Shown in pieces: positions 1 through 9,411 of a DNA stretch of 64,000 bases. The notes below the pieces were generated by a model. That model saw only the letters and a program-made list of their open reading frames with translations, ran no database searches and was not told the DNA's origin. Source of the stretch: an uncultured Gammaproteobacteria bacterium (GTDB lineage Bacteria > Pseudomonadota > Gammaproteobacteria > CAWCPV01); contig CAWCPV010000007.1 of NCBI GenBank assembly GCA_963797555.1, positions 448,001-512,000 on the forward strand, given 5' to 3'. Each line of letters starts with the position of its first letter. Position 1 is the first letter of the stretch. Both the position numbers and the translations under genes were made by a program.

Positions 1-413
1 GGAAACGGGGTGGGCTTCTGAAACACCATCCCCACCTTGGCGCGCAGGTGATTCAGGTCCTGGGCACGGTCGAGCGCGTTGCTCCCGTCCAGGATGACTT
101 CGCCGGTGGCCCGGTGACCCGGATAGAGATCGTAGATGCGGTTGAAGCACCGCAGCAGCGTCGACTTGCCGCACCCCGAGGGGCCGATGAAGGCGGTCAC
201 CCGGTTCTCGGGGATCTCCAGGCTGATGGACTCCAGGGCGCGAGACTTCCCGTAGTAAAAGTTCAGGTCGCGCACTACGATCTTGGCTGCCGGCTGCGCC
301 CTGAGCACGCTCTCGGCTTCGGCCGCCCAGCGGTCGTCTGGCTGCGGGGTGGGGACTTTGACCGAAGTCGGCTGTGGCATCGGTGTCATGGCGGCGGAGT
401 GGTTTTCGCTCAT
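1..413 (-). CDS. pstB: Phosphate ABC transporter ATP-binding protein (3' end outside window)
   Basis: Manual translation gives ...VRDLNFYYG...[25 protein letters not shown]...[11 protein letters not shown] (Walker A and PstB motifs). ATG at 413, directly after pstA. Confidence 0.95.
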   Translation of the reverse strand, partial: MSENHSAAMTPMPQPTSVKVPTPQPDDRWAAEAESVLRAQPAAKIVVRDLNFYYGKSRALESISLEIPENRVTAFIGPSGCGKSTLLRCFNRIYDLYPGHRATGEVILDGSNALDRAQDLNHLRAKVGMVFQKPTPF

Positions 414-417
414 GGGC

Positions 418-1260
418 TCAGCGCACCGGGATGCGGGAACGCAGCAGGAAGCGCGCTAGGATATTGAATATCAAGACGCTGAATGTGATGAGCAGTGCCC
501 CAGCCCAGGCTAGATGATGCCAGTCGTCGTACGGGCTCATGGCGAACTGGAAGATGACCATCGGCAGGTTCGCGATCGGTTGGTTGAGGTCGGTGCTCCA
601 GAACTGGTTGTTGAGCGCCGTGAACAGCAGTGGCGCGGTCTCCCCGCTGACGCGCGCGAGGGCCAGCAGAATCCCGGTCATAATCCCGCCTCGAGCGGCG
701 CGATAGACGATGTGCGTCACTATTTTCCACTGCGGTGCCCCCAACGCAGCAGCCGCCTCGCGTATGGTGTCGGGCACCAAGCGCAGCATGTCCTCCGTGG
801 TGCGCACCACCACCGGCAGGACGATGAGTCCCAGGGCGAGCGCGCCGGCCCACCCGGAGAAGTGGCCTGTGCGCAGCACCACCAGCTCGTACACGAACAC
901 CCCGATGATGATCGACGGAGCGCTCAACAGGATGTCGTTGACGAAACGGATCACCGGAGCGAGGCGCGAGGCCTGGCCGAACTCAGAAAGGTAGGTGGCG
1001 GCAAGCACGCCCAGGGGGGCACCAATCGACACGCCGACCGCCGTCATCAGGAGGCTTCCCACGATGGCGTTGGCGAGACCCCCTTCGCTCCCGGGCGGAG
1101 GCGTGTTCTCGGAGAACACGCTCCAAGTTGTCCATTGGAGGCCGTGGCTCACCAGAGTCCACAGCAGCCAACCGAGCCAGAACAGCCCGAAGGCTGTGGC
1201 CACGACGGACAGGCTCAGGCTGGCAGCGTTGACGATGCGTCTGCGCGTGTAGATTTGCAT
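418..1260 (-). CDS. pstA: Phosphate ABC transporter permease PstA
   Basis: 280 aa hydrophobic ORF with [10 protein letters not shown], the EAA loop (REAAAALGA) and [13 protein letters not shown]. Fits operon position. Confidence 0.96.
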   Translation of the reverse strand: MQIYTRRRIVNAASLSLSVVATAFGLFWLGWLLWTLVSHGLQWTTWSVFSENTPPPGSEGGLANAIVGSLLMTAVGVSIGAPLGVLAATYLSEFGQASRLAPVIRFVNDILLSAPSIIIGVFVYELVVLRTGHFSGWAGALALGLIVLPVVVRTTEDMLRLVPDTIREAAAALGAPQWKIVTHIVYRAARGGIMTGILLALARVSGETAPLLFTALNNQFWSTDLNQPIANLPMVIFQFAMSPYDDWHHLAWAGALLITFSVLIFNILARFLLRSRIPVR

Positions 1261-1428
1261 CCTTGGCGGCGTCGGATCAGCAATCCATGGGCAAGCTAGG
1301 ACGATGGCGAAAGCCTTCCCCAGGGCCGTCGCGAGTCATACCGGACTCGGGCGCTTGCGCGTTGCGCTGTGGGGTACCCGCCGACCCGCTGATCGTCTGA
1401 CAGGAGTGCGGCACTTGCACCCCACCAC

Positions 1429-2376
1429 TCAGGCGCGCTTGCCCTCGAGGGCCGTGAGACGCATGAGGAGCAGCTTGGCCAGTACCAGCACCACGAACGT
1501 GATCGCAAACAGGATGAGTCCCAACGCGATCAGCGAGGAGGTATAGATGTTCCCAACCGCCTCGGTGAACTCGTTGGCCAGCGTGGACGAGATCGTGTTG
1601 CCGGGCATGAACAGCGAGGCGCTGAGCTGATGGGCGTTTCCGATCACGAACGTGATCGCCATGGTCTCGCCCAGTGCCCGGCCCAGTCCCAGCATGATGC
1701 CGCCCACGACGCCGGCCTTGGCGTAAGGGAGCACGATATTCCACACGACCTCCCAGGTGGTGGCGCCCACCCCGTAAGCCGATTCCTTGAGGACCGGCGG
1801 GACGATCTCGAAGACGTTGCGCACGACGGCCGAGATGAACGGGATCACCATGATCGCCAGGATGAGCCCTGCCGTGAAGATCCCGATGCCCATCGGTGGC
1901 CCCTGGAACAGTATCCCGACCACCGGCCAGTCTCCGACGTGGTCTGTGACCCATGGCTGCACGTAATCGGCAAATAAGGGGGCGAAGACGAACAGCCCCC
2001 ACATGCCGTAGATGATGCTGGGGACGGCTGCCAGCAGCTCGACTGCGGTGCCGATCGGGCGCTTGAGCCACAGCGGGGCCAGCTCGGTGATGAACAGCGC
2101 GATGCCGAAGCTGACCGGAACGGCGATGATCATCGCAATCGCCGAGGTCACCAGGGTGCCGACGATGGCGACCAGGCCTCCGAACTGCTCGGTGACCGGG
2201 TTCCAGGCGCTGCTGGCGAGAAAGCCCAGGCCGAACTTACTCAGCGCGGGCCAGGCTCCCGCCAGCAGAGACACGAGGATCGCGGCGACCAGCACCAGCA
2301 CCAGCGTGGCGAACAGGCGGGTCGTGCCCCGAAAGAGCTTATCCGCTAGCTGGCTCCGCTCCCGTGCGGTGACCAC
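1429..2376 (-). CDS. pstC: Phosphate ABC transporter permease PstC
   Basis: [24 protein letters not shown] and [10 protein letters not shown] motifs. Confidence 0.96.
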   Translation of the reverse strand: MVTARERSQLADKLFRGTTRLFATLVLVLVAAILVSLLAGAWPALSKFGLGFLASSAWNPVTEQFGGLVAIVGTLVTSAIAMIIAVPVSFGIALFITELAPLWLKRPIGTAVELLAAVPSIIYGMWGLFVFAPLFADYVQPWVTDHVGDWPVVGILFQGPPMGIGIFTAGLILAIMVIPFISAVVRNVFEIVPPVLKESAYGVGATTWEVVWNIVLPYAKAGVVGGIMLGLGRALGETMAITFVIGNAHQLSASLFMPGNTISSTLANEFTEAVGNIYTSSLIALGLILFAITFVVLVLAKLLLMRLTALEGKRA

Positions 2377-2517
2377 GACCGGTACCTGCTCCCAGCCTTG
2401 GATGGTCGCGTCCAGGGCTCTATCTCCAGCCTGGGACCGTCGGCACCCGGGTCACCGGAGAGCCTCGCATCGGTTTCAAAGATCCCTCCAAGAGGGCCGT
2501 TCCGCTCCACAAATGGA

Positions 2518-2548
2518 GCAGCGGGGCCGTCCAAGACGGCCCCGCTGC
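2518..2548 (-). terminator. Perfect 14-bp stem hairpin downstream of pstS (attenuator or mRNA stabiliser)
   Basis: GCAGCGGGGCCGTC-caa-GACGGCCCCGCTGC in the pstS-pstC spacer. Confidence 0.65.
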
Positions 2549-2573
2549 GCGCTCGGCCGGGACAGCCGCAGGT

Positions 2574-3656
2574 TCAGCGGGCAGATGCCTGGTCGTGGGC
2601 GTCTCCGCTCCAGACGCTCTTGCCGTCGGGTCCCGCGATGTCCTTCCGCCAAGTCTTTTCGACCAGGCTCACCACGCTCTTGGGCAGGGGCACGTAGTCG
2701 AGGGCCTCGGCCATCTGGTCCCCGTTGCGATAGGCCCAGTCGAAGAAGCCGAGCACCGCCTTCCCCTTCGCGGGATTCTGCTGCACCTTATAGACGAGAA
2801 TAAAGGTTGCGCCGGTGATGGGCCAACTCTTCGCGCCAGGCTGGTCGGTCAGGACCATATAGAACCCGGGGGCACCTGCCCAGTCCGCGCTGGCGGCGGC
2901 CGCCTGAAAGCTCTCGCTGTCAGGGTCCACGAAGCTGCCCGCGTGGTTACGCAGCTTGGCATGGCTCATCTTGTTCTGCAATGCGTAGGCGTACTCCACG
3001 TACCCAATGGCGCCCTTGATGCGCGATACGTAGGACGCGACCCCCTCGTTGCCTTTGCCGCCGACTCCGACGGGCCAGGCCACGGCCTTGTCGTTCCCCA
3101 CCTTGTCCGCCCACTCCTTGCTCACCTTCGTGAGGTAGTTGGTGAAGATCCAGGTCGTCCCAGAGCCATCCGACCGGTGCACGACGGTGATGGCAGCGCT
3201 GGGCAGCTTCACATGAGGATTGAGCTTGGTGATGGCGGGGTCATTCCACTTCTTGATTTTCCCCAGATAGATGTCCGCCAGTGCCTCGGGGCTCAGCTTG
3301 ATCTCACCGGGACGCACGCCTTTGACGTTTACCACGGGCACCACACCCCCCATCACGGTGGGGAATTGCAGCAGCCCCGCCTCGTCGAGCTCCTCGGGCT
3401 TGAGGGGCGCATCCGAGGCCCCGAAGTCGACGGTCTTGGCCTTGATCTGCTTGATGCCACCGCCCGAGCCGATGGACTGGTAGTTTAGCTTCGCACCGGT
3501 CTTCTGGGCGTATGCCTCGGCCCACTTGGCGTAAACCGGGTAAGGGAAGGTCGCTCCGGCGCCCGAAATGTCCTTGACCTCCGCCGCCTGGAGATTGAAG
3601 GCGATGCCCATCACGAAGAGGCCACCGCACGAAATCCTGACGAGTTGTTTCAGCAT
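2574..3656 (-). CDS. pstS: Phosphate ABC transporter substrate-binding protein PstS
   Basis: Signal peptide, then GAGATFPYP, YQSIGSGGG, RSDGSGTT. AGGAGT RBS precedes the ATG at 3656. Confidence 0.97.
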   Translation of the reverse strand: MLKQLVRISCGGLFVMGIAFNLQAAEVKDISGAGATFPYPVYAKWAEAYAQKTGAKLNYQSIGSGGGIKQIKAKTVDFGASDAPLKPEELDEAGLLQFPTVMGGVVPVVNVKGVRPGEIKLSPEALADIYLGKIKKWNDPAITKLNPHVKLPSAAITVVHRSDGSGTTWIFTNYLTKVSKEWADKVGNDKAVAWPVGVGGKGNEGVASYVSRIKGAIGYVEYAYALQNKMSHAKLRNHAGSFVDPDSESFQAAAASADWAGAPGFYMVLTDQPGAKSWPITGATFILVYKVQQNPAKGKAVLGFFDWAYRNGDQMAEALDYVPLPKSVVSLVEKTWRKDIAGPDGKSVWSGDAHDQASAR

Positions 3657-3721
3657 GTCGACTCCTATCGTGGCACAGAGTATCGAACGCGACGCTGTGG
3701 ATGGTGGAACCAGAGCCAGTT

Positions 3722-3753
3722 TGCGGGCCATAAGGTATGCGGGCCATAAGGTA
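3722..3753. repeat. Perfect 16-bp tandem duplication
   Basis: TGCGGGCCATAAGGTA x2 (3722-3737 and 3738-3753). Confidence 0.9.
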
Positions 3754-3763
3754 CAGGATGAGC

Positions 3764-3781
3764 ATTACATTTTGGTGACAG
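3764..3781 (-). promoter_or_regulatory. Pho box (PhoB site) of the pstS promoter
   Basis: Minus strand reads CTGTCAC-caaa-ATGTAAT, with a TACCTT -10-like hexamer 10 nt downstream. This is canonical Pho promoter geometry. Confidence 0.8.
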
Positions 3782-4198
3782 TGAGCCCGTGACCGGTCTG
3801 GCCGGCAAGACTGGCGGTGGAGCACACCGCTACGAAGGTGCGCGCAGACACGCCCACCGGCGGAGATCGTCTCTCGCGATCGTCCGCTGCCGACGCGGCC
3901 GCGATCGGCTATGATTGGGCGCGCCAGGCTTCCGTCTCGCGTGCGTGAGCACGAAACCTAAGCGTGCAAGGCGAAGGCGAGCCGGGCGCCGAACCGGCGG
4001 AGACGCAGTCTGGATGGCGCGCTCCGTCGACGCCGAACGCCAGGGATCGCGTCGCCGCTGGCGCCGCAGGCTGACCCGAACCTCTCGCTCAGGCGAGGCT
4101 GTGCCCCGGGTTCGCCCGGGCGACCCCCAGCGATGGGCTCGTACGCCCAGCGACCCTACTGACCGAGCAGGAGGCGTGCGCCTATTCCCACCTCCAGG

Positions 4199-6127
4199 GT
4201 GCAGAGCTGGACCGTTCGGCGACGGGCGGTCGGCATTCCACCGCTCATCCCCTTACCGGGTACCGTGTGGCGCCGGTTCGCGATGCTGATCGCGCTGGTC
4301 TGCCTGCTGTGCTGTGCACCGCTCGCGCTCGGCGGCGAGGTCGTCATTCCGCTCAGCGTGCGGCTGTCACTGCTGAATCAACTGCTCGAGAAGCGCCTGT
4401 ATGCCGGATCGGATCAACCGCGGGTGCTCTACCAGGAAGGGTCGTGCCGTTTCTTCAGCACCTCCCAGCCACACCTCGAGATCCAAGGCCGGAAGCTGCG
4501 CTTCATCAGCCACGGCAGCGCTCGGCTGGGAATCTCGTTGTGGGGGCATTGTCTCGGGGGGCTGGACTGGACGGGCACGGTCGCGCTGGACCTGCTGCCC
4601 TCCCTCGACGAGGCATGGCAGTTGCGCTTTCGCGTTTCGGAGGTGCGGGTGTTCGATGCCCAAGGGCACCCCCAAGGGCTGTTCGGCTTCGTGCTGCGGA
4701 TGACCACGCGTTTTCTGCAGCCGCTGGTGGAGTCGTTCACGCTCGATCTCGCGCCGCCTCGGCAGGAGCTTGCGGCGCTGGTGCGCGCTACGGCGCCGCT
4801 CGCGGTCAGCGCTCAAGTGGAGACGATCCTGGCTTCGCTGAAGCCGCAACCACCCTATGCATCGGCCGAGGGTATTGCGGTGCCGTTGGCGTTTACGGTG
4901 CCCGATCTCATCGCCAATCCGCCTGCGCCGGTAAAGTCTCCCGAGGCGCCACTCACGCCCCAGGAGCTCGAGCACGTGCAGCAGGCGCTGCAACCCTGGG
5001 ATGCATTTCTGGTGTTCGTGATCAAGAGTGCCGGTCTGGATATCTCGGACGGTGGGATTCGGGGGGAGCTGTTCCAGCTCCTCATCGCCAGCCGGTACCG
5101 GTTGCTCCCGATCCTCGGCGGGGAGCTGCCGGCGGGCGCTCGGGACCCGGTGCGCGTGCTCTTCAAGGACGCCTGGGAACGCCTGCGCGCCATCATCCAG
5201 GAGGCGGAGAGGCGCGGCCTGGTGCAGGATCACCTGCTGCAGTACCTGACCTTCATCAACGCCGGTGACGCCCTGCTCGCGCTGCAGAGCGCCGCGCCCG
5301 GTCTGGGAATCGAGATGTCGACCGACGGGCTGCGCCGTCTGGCGCGCGCGCTTCGCCCAGCCATGACCGGCGATCCGTTGCAGTACAGTTGGGAGGTCGA
5401 CCCGGAGCTACGCGAGCTGTTCGGCTTCGGTCCCGACCAGCAATTGCCGCTCAACGAGCCCCCGGCAAGCGACCGGCTTGGCACGTTGCTCGTCCGCTCT
5501 GCGCGCGCGGATGCGGCCTTGAATTCCGACGCCGCCAGTCTCGGCAAACGCCTGGACGGCTGGATACCGACCGACAGCCAGTTGGACGAGTACCGCCGCA
5601 CGGTCCACGAGCTGCTGGATCTGGTGGTATCGGGGGAGCTGCAACGCACACAGCTCGGTTCCCGGTTCGTGCCGGCGTACCGCAACTTGGTACCCAGCAC
5701 CGCGCTGATAGAGAGCTGCTGGCGGCACTTCGTACGCCAGGGCGGGCGGATCTCCTATCTGCGCTCGGATATGGGCGGCATCGGGCTCATGCAGATCAAT
5801 CGGCACGTCTGGCGCGGCTTCTACAACGTCGAGCGGCTGAAATGGAACGTAGCGTACAACGCGCTCGCGGGCGGTCAGATATTGATGCGCTATCTACAGG
5901 ACTATGGCGCGAAGGTCGTCGACCGCACGGGCGATCTGGACGCCGCACCACGTGCGACCTACTCTGTTTACAACGCCGGTCCCGGCGCGGCGCGCCGCTT
6001 CATGTCGGACCGGGCCTCGGCGCGCGAGCGGCGCGTGGACAATCGCCTCTGGACGCTGTACCAGGGAATCGCCGCCGGCGGCACCGTCAATCTCGCGAGC
6101 TGCACGGTCGACCCACCTGCGCCCTAG
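4199..6127 (+). CDS. Secreted protein with C-terminal lytic transglycosylase (SLT-like) domain; true start probably near 4283
   Basis: Signal-like N-terminus. C-terminal IESCW...GGIGLMQIN...YSVYNAGP match the ES, GLMQ and YNAG motifs of SLT domains. Confidence 0.8.
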   Translation: MQSWTVRRRAVGIPPLIPLPGTVWRRFAMLIALVCLLCCAPLALGGEVVIPLSVRLSLLNQLLEKRLYAGSDQPRVLYQEGSCRFFSTSQPHLEIQGRKLRFISHGSARLGISLWGHCLGGLDWTGTVALDLLPSLDEAWQLRFRVSEVRVFDAQGHPQGLFGFVLRMTTRFLQPLVESFTLDLAPPRQELAALVRATAPLAVSAQVETILASLKPQPPYASAEGIAVPLAFTVPDLIANPPAPVKSPEAPLTPQELEHVQQALQPWDAFLVFVIKSAGLDISDGGIRGELFQLLIASRYRLLPILGGELPAGARDPVRVLFKDAWERLRAIIQEAERRGLVQDHLLQYLTFINAGDALLALQSAAPGLGIEMSTDGLRRLARALRPAMTGDPLQYSWEVDPELRELFGFGPDQQLPLNEPPASDRLGTLLVRSARADAALNSDAASLGKRLDGWIPTDSQLDEYRRTVHELLDLVVSGELQRTQLGSRFVPAYRNLVPSTALIESCWRHFVRQGGRISYLRSDMGGIGLMQINRHVWRGFYNVERLKWNVAYNALAGGQILMRYLQDYGAKVVDRTGDLDAAPRATYSVYNAGPGAARRFMSDRASARERRVDNRLWTLYQGIAAGGTVNLASCTVDPPAP

Positions 6128-6299
6128 AAGGGGCTGGGCTGAAACGGTGCCTTCGCTCCGTGACGTGTGCTGCAGGCGCAGCACCCGGATGTGCCGCAGC
6201 GGCAGGGCGTAGGGCAAGCTCGATGTCCGCCGGTCCTCTGCGGAGGCGGCAAGCGTCCGCGCCCCGTCCCATCTTGCCCATAAGGCTGCGATTCCCGCG

Positions 6300-7949
6300 A
6301 TGAGACATCTGTTCTGGTCTTTCCATCACCTGAAACGGACTGCCACGGTGCTGGAGGACGTCGTCTTCGTGCTGGGCCGGAACCTGCAGCGCAAGGCTTT
6401 GCGCAACGGCGGGCTGATCCTGATCGCGTATCTCTCGGCGCTGATTCATGTCGGTTTGAGCGGCGCGAACGGCGATTTTGCGCACCACCTCACCTGGGTT
6501 TCCGCGGTGGCCGCACTGGCCTCCTACCCGCTGGGGACGCTGTTGGTGCGCATCTCGGATTTTCGGGTGCACGGGCAGATGAACTTCGCCTACGTGAACC
6601 ACCTGAACCTGATGGGCGATTACAAGCGCGACCGTTGCAGGCACCACCTGGAACGGCTCTGGGACGAGGTGTTTTGCTATGAGGCGGCGTTCCGCTATAC
6701 GCCCCGTCAGGCGGAGCTGGCACAGCAGGAGCTGGCGCGGCGCACCGAGGCATTGCGCGGCGTGTTGGCGGGACTTCCCACGGGGTTGCGGCAGCTTCTG
6801 CGCCTCGACGACGCTCACGGGTTGGAGCCCATGGTGGAGCGCATCCTCTCCACCTATCCGCAGGACCCGGCACTGGAGGCGACGCGTGCATTGTTCGTGC
6901 TGACCGGCCTGTATGCGCTCAATGTACCGCTGCCTCAGGTGCTGCAGGAAAAGGAGGTAGGCTTCGACATCAGCCTGCTGGAGAATTGGTACCGGCGCAG
7001 CGTCTTCACCTTCGAGGACAGCGTGGTGAGGGACAGCTACGCCAACCGCCACCTCCGCGAGCTGCCAACGCTGCCGGACCACCCGTGGCTGAGCCGCGTC
7101 CTGGCCCTGGCAACGTCCAATCCCTCCCCGTCCTTCTGGCATACCTATACGATGCGAAAGTACGGGGCCATGTTGGGCCGGCAAATCCGCTTGTTCAACC
7201 AAAGGTATCTGGATCTGCAGCGGGAGGCGCCGTACTTCAACGCCCAGCACTTCCTGTGGCCGCACGTGGAGCTGGAGGCCCATGTGCGCGAGCGCTTCGG
7301 CAGCCGCGGGGAGCTGGTCCTGAGCGACCTCAGGGCGACACGGCGACGGCTGGTGCGCACCATCTTCTCGGACCGGATCGAGAGCGCCCGCCGGCAGATT
7401 TACTTGATGTTCCGCAAGGACGTGAAACGGGTGCTGCGGCTGCGCGTGAGCTACGATCCGGAATTCGTGGCGGGCGGATTGGCGCAGAGTCTGGCGGGGG
7501 AGGTGGCCGCGTGGGAGCGGCAGTTCGGCGTGAGGGTGATGGGTGAGCGGCGGGTGGATCGCCTCCAGGCCCAGGCGCAGGCCCGGCTGCGGGAGGCGGA
7601 CGCGTTGCTGGAGGGTTGTTGCGCCGACCGCGCGCTGACGCGGGAACAGGTGCGGGCGGTGCGCATGGCGTACCACGTGGACTATGGCGGGTTGCGCAGC
7701 CGAGTGGCAGCCGCTGGCGCGGCGATCCGACACCCTTTTGCCGTGCCGGGGTTTCCCGCCACGTTCGCATCCGCCGACAACGCCGGCGACTCGATTCGGG
7801 ACCGCGTGGAGGGTATCGCCCAGGCCTGGGAGCGGGCTTCCACCTACCTGGTTCAGGTGCGCACCATCTACCTTCTGGCCAAGTTGGAGCTGGACACCTA
7901 CACCGAGCTGGTGGAATCGCTCGCGGAGTATGCGCCGTCCGCCTCTTAG
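6300..7949 (+). CDS. Hypothetical 549-aa protein with two predicted N-terminal membrane helices
   Basis: Long ORF with host-like codon bias and natural composition. No family recognised. Confidence 0.75.
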   Translation: MRHLFWSFHHLKRTATVLEDVVFVLGRNLQRKALRNGGLILIAYLSALIHVGLSGANGDFAHHLTWVSAVAALASYPLGTLLVRISDFRVHGQMNFAYVNHLNLMGDYKRDRCRHHLERLWDEVFCYEAAFRYTPRQAELAQQELARRTEALRGVLAGLPTGLRQLLRLDDAHGLEPMVERILSTYPQDPALEATRALFVLTGLYALNVPLPQVLQEKEVGFDISLLENWYRRSVFTFEDSVVRDSYANRHLRELPTLPDHPWLSRVLALATSNPSPSFWHTYTMRKYGAMLGRQIRLFNQRYLDLQREAPYFNAQHFLWPHVELEAHVRERFGSRGELVLSDLRATRRRLVRTIFSDRIESARRQIYLMFRKDVKRVLRLRVSYDPEFVAGGLAQSLAGEVAAWERQFGVRVMGERRVDRLQAQAQARLREADALLEGCCADRALTREQVRAVRMAYHVDYGGLRSRVAAAGAAIRHPFAVPGFPATFASADNAGDSIRDRVEGIAQAWERASTYLVQVRTIYLLAKLELDTYTELVESLAEYAPSAS

Positions 7950-8206
7950 TCCAGGAATCCCCCGCACGCCTCCGCTGTTTATTAGACAGCTTCTTACCCG
8001 ACTTTGACGGGAGCTATGCACACGAGCGCCACAACACAAGGCGCGACAAGGGCTTGCCGCGGGGCGGGTGCTGGTACAATCTCTCCGGCCTGGGGCCGGC
8101 GTCTGGCGCGCCTTCGTCCGCCGCCCCCCCTCGATCGAGGGGGGCGAATGCATCCTCACCTCGCCTCAAGGCGTTCCCGCGGCAGCGGCCCGTTGGCCCG
8201 CAGCGC

Positions 8207-9319
8207 TCAGCAAAGGGGGCTGCAATCGTCCGGCGTGTTCTTCTTTACCGTCGAGCCGGTGAGGGTTACCGTACCGCCGGTGTTGAAGATCCCGCCGCCG
8301 TCGGCGGACGCCGTGTTCTTCGAGACGATCGAATCGGTGGCGGTCAATGTGGCGCCGACGTTCAAGATCCCACCGCCGAACAGGACAGCCGAGTTCTTCC
8401 ACACGATCGAGTCGTTGAGCGTCAGGGTGGTGGTGCGGATGATGCCGTCGACGGGGTCGGCATACTGGAGGTTGAGAATGCCGCCGCCGCCGCTGAAAGG
8501 CCCCGTGTTTTGCGACATGCTATTTTGCGACACGCTCGAGTTATTGAGGGTCAGCGTGCCGCCGAAGGAATTGGTGATACCGCCGGCGAACATGGACGCC
8601 GTGTTCTTCGACACGATCGAGTCGTCGAGGGTCAGCGTGCCGCCGGCGTTGACGATCCCACCACCCTCGAGGGACGCCGTGTTCTTCGACACGATCGAGT
8701 TGTCGAGGGTCACCGCGGGGAGAGGCGTGATAGGGTGGTTGTAGAAGTTGCAGTAGCTGCAAATGCCAGCGCCCAAGTATGCCGTGTTGTTCGACACGAT
8801 CGAGTTCTTGAGGCTCAGCGTGCCGTCGTTGTAAATGCCGCCGCCGAAGCAGAGGAGGGTACTTGTACCGCAATTGCCACTCTCGCTGGACGCCGTGTTG
8901 TTCGACACGTTCGAGTTCCTGAGGCTCAACGTGCCGTCGTTGTAGATGCCGCCCCCTAAGTCGCTGAAACCATGCTGCACCGTCAGGTTGGCCAGCGTGA
9001 CGGTAACGCCGGAGTCCACGCTGACGACGGTGCCGGCGCCTCCGCCGTCGAGGGTCGCCGAGGGGCTGCCTATGATGGTGAGGTCGCGATCGATGGTGAA
9101 GCGGCCGGTGCAGCTGCCTCTAACGCGGATCGTGTCGCCGGTAGCGGCAGCGTCGATCGCGTCCTGCAAGCTCTGCGCCTTATCGCAACGGACGGTCGTG
9201 GTGGCCGCCTGGGCGGGGGCTGCCGCGAGTGCTGGCAGGAGGATGCTGGCTCCCCACAGGGCCGCCAGCGAGCAGGCCGTCCGGCGGCCGGCTCCAAGGG
9301 CTGGAATGAGACGAGACAT
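8207..9319 (-). CDS. Secreted right-handed beta-helix / polymorphic-membrane-protein-like repeat protein
   Basis: Signal peptide (AAPAQA) and about 7 GG(G/A)IxN...TLTLxxSxVSxNxA repeats. GGAGG RBS. Confidence 0.85.
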   Translation of the reverse strand: MSRLIPALGAGRRTACSLAALWGASILLPALAAAPAQAATTTVRCDKAQSLQDAIDAAATGDTIRVRGSCTGRFTIDRDLTIIGSPSATLDGGGAGTVVSVDSGVTVTLANLTVQHGFSDLGGGIYNDGTLSLRNSNVSNNTASSESGNCGTSTLLCFGGGIYNDGTLSLKNSIVSNNTAYLGAGICSYCNFYNHPITPLPAVTLDNSIVSKNTASLEGGGIVNAGGTLTLDDSIVSKNTASMFAGGITNSFGGTLTLNNSSVSQNSMSQNTGPFSGGGGILNLQYADPVDGIIRTTTLTLNDSIVWKNSAVLFGGGILNVGATLTATDSIVSKNTASADGGGIFNTGGTVTLTGSTVKKNTPDDCSPLC

Positions 9320-9411
9320 GGTGCCTCCGAGGAAAGGATAGGAAATTCAACGAGGTGGACCAAAAAGTATAGGGGCCGCGGGGGGAGCCGTCAAGGCGCC
9401 CCGGGGGAGGC

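Noticed and set aside
1261-1428. sRNA or mobile insert in the unusually long pstC-pstA spacer
   Set aside because: No recognisable repeat, terminal IR or strong structure is visible by eye.
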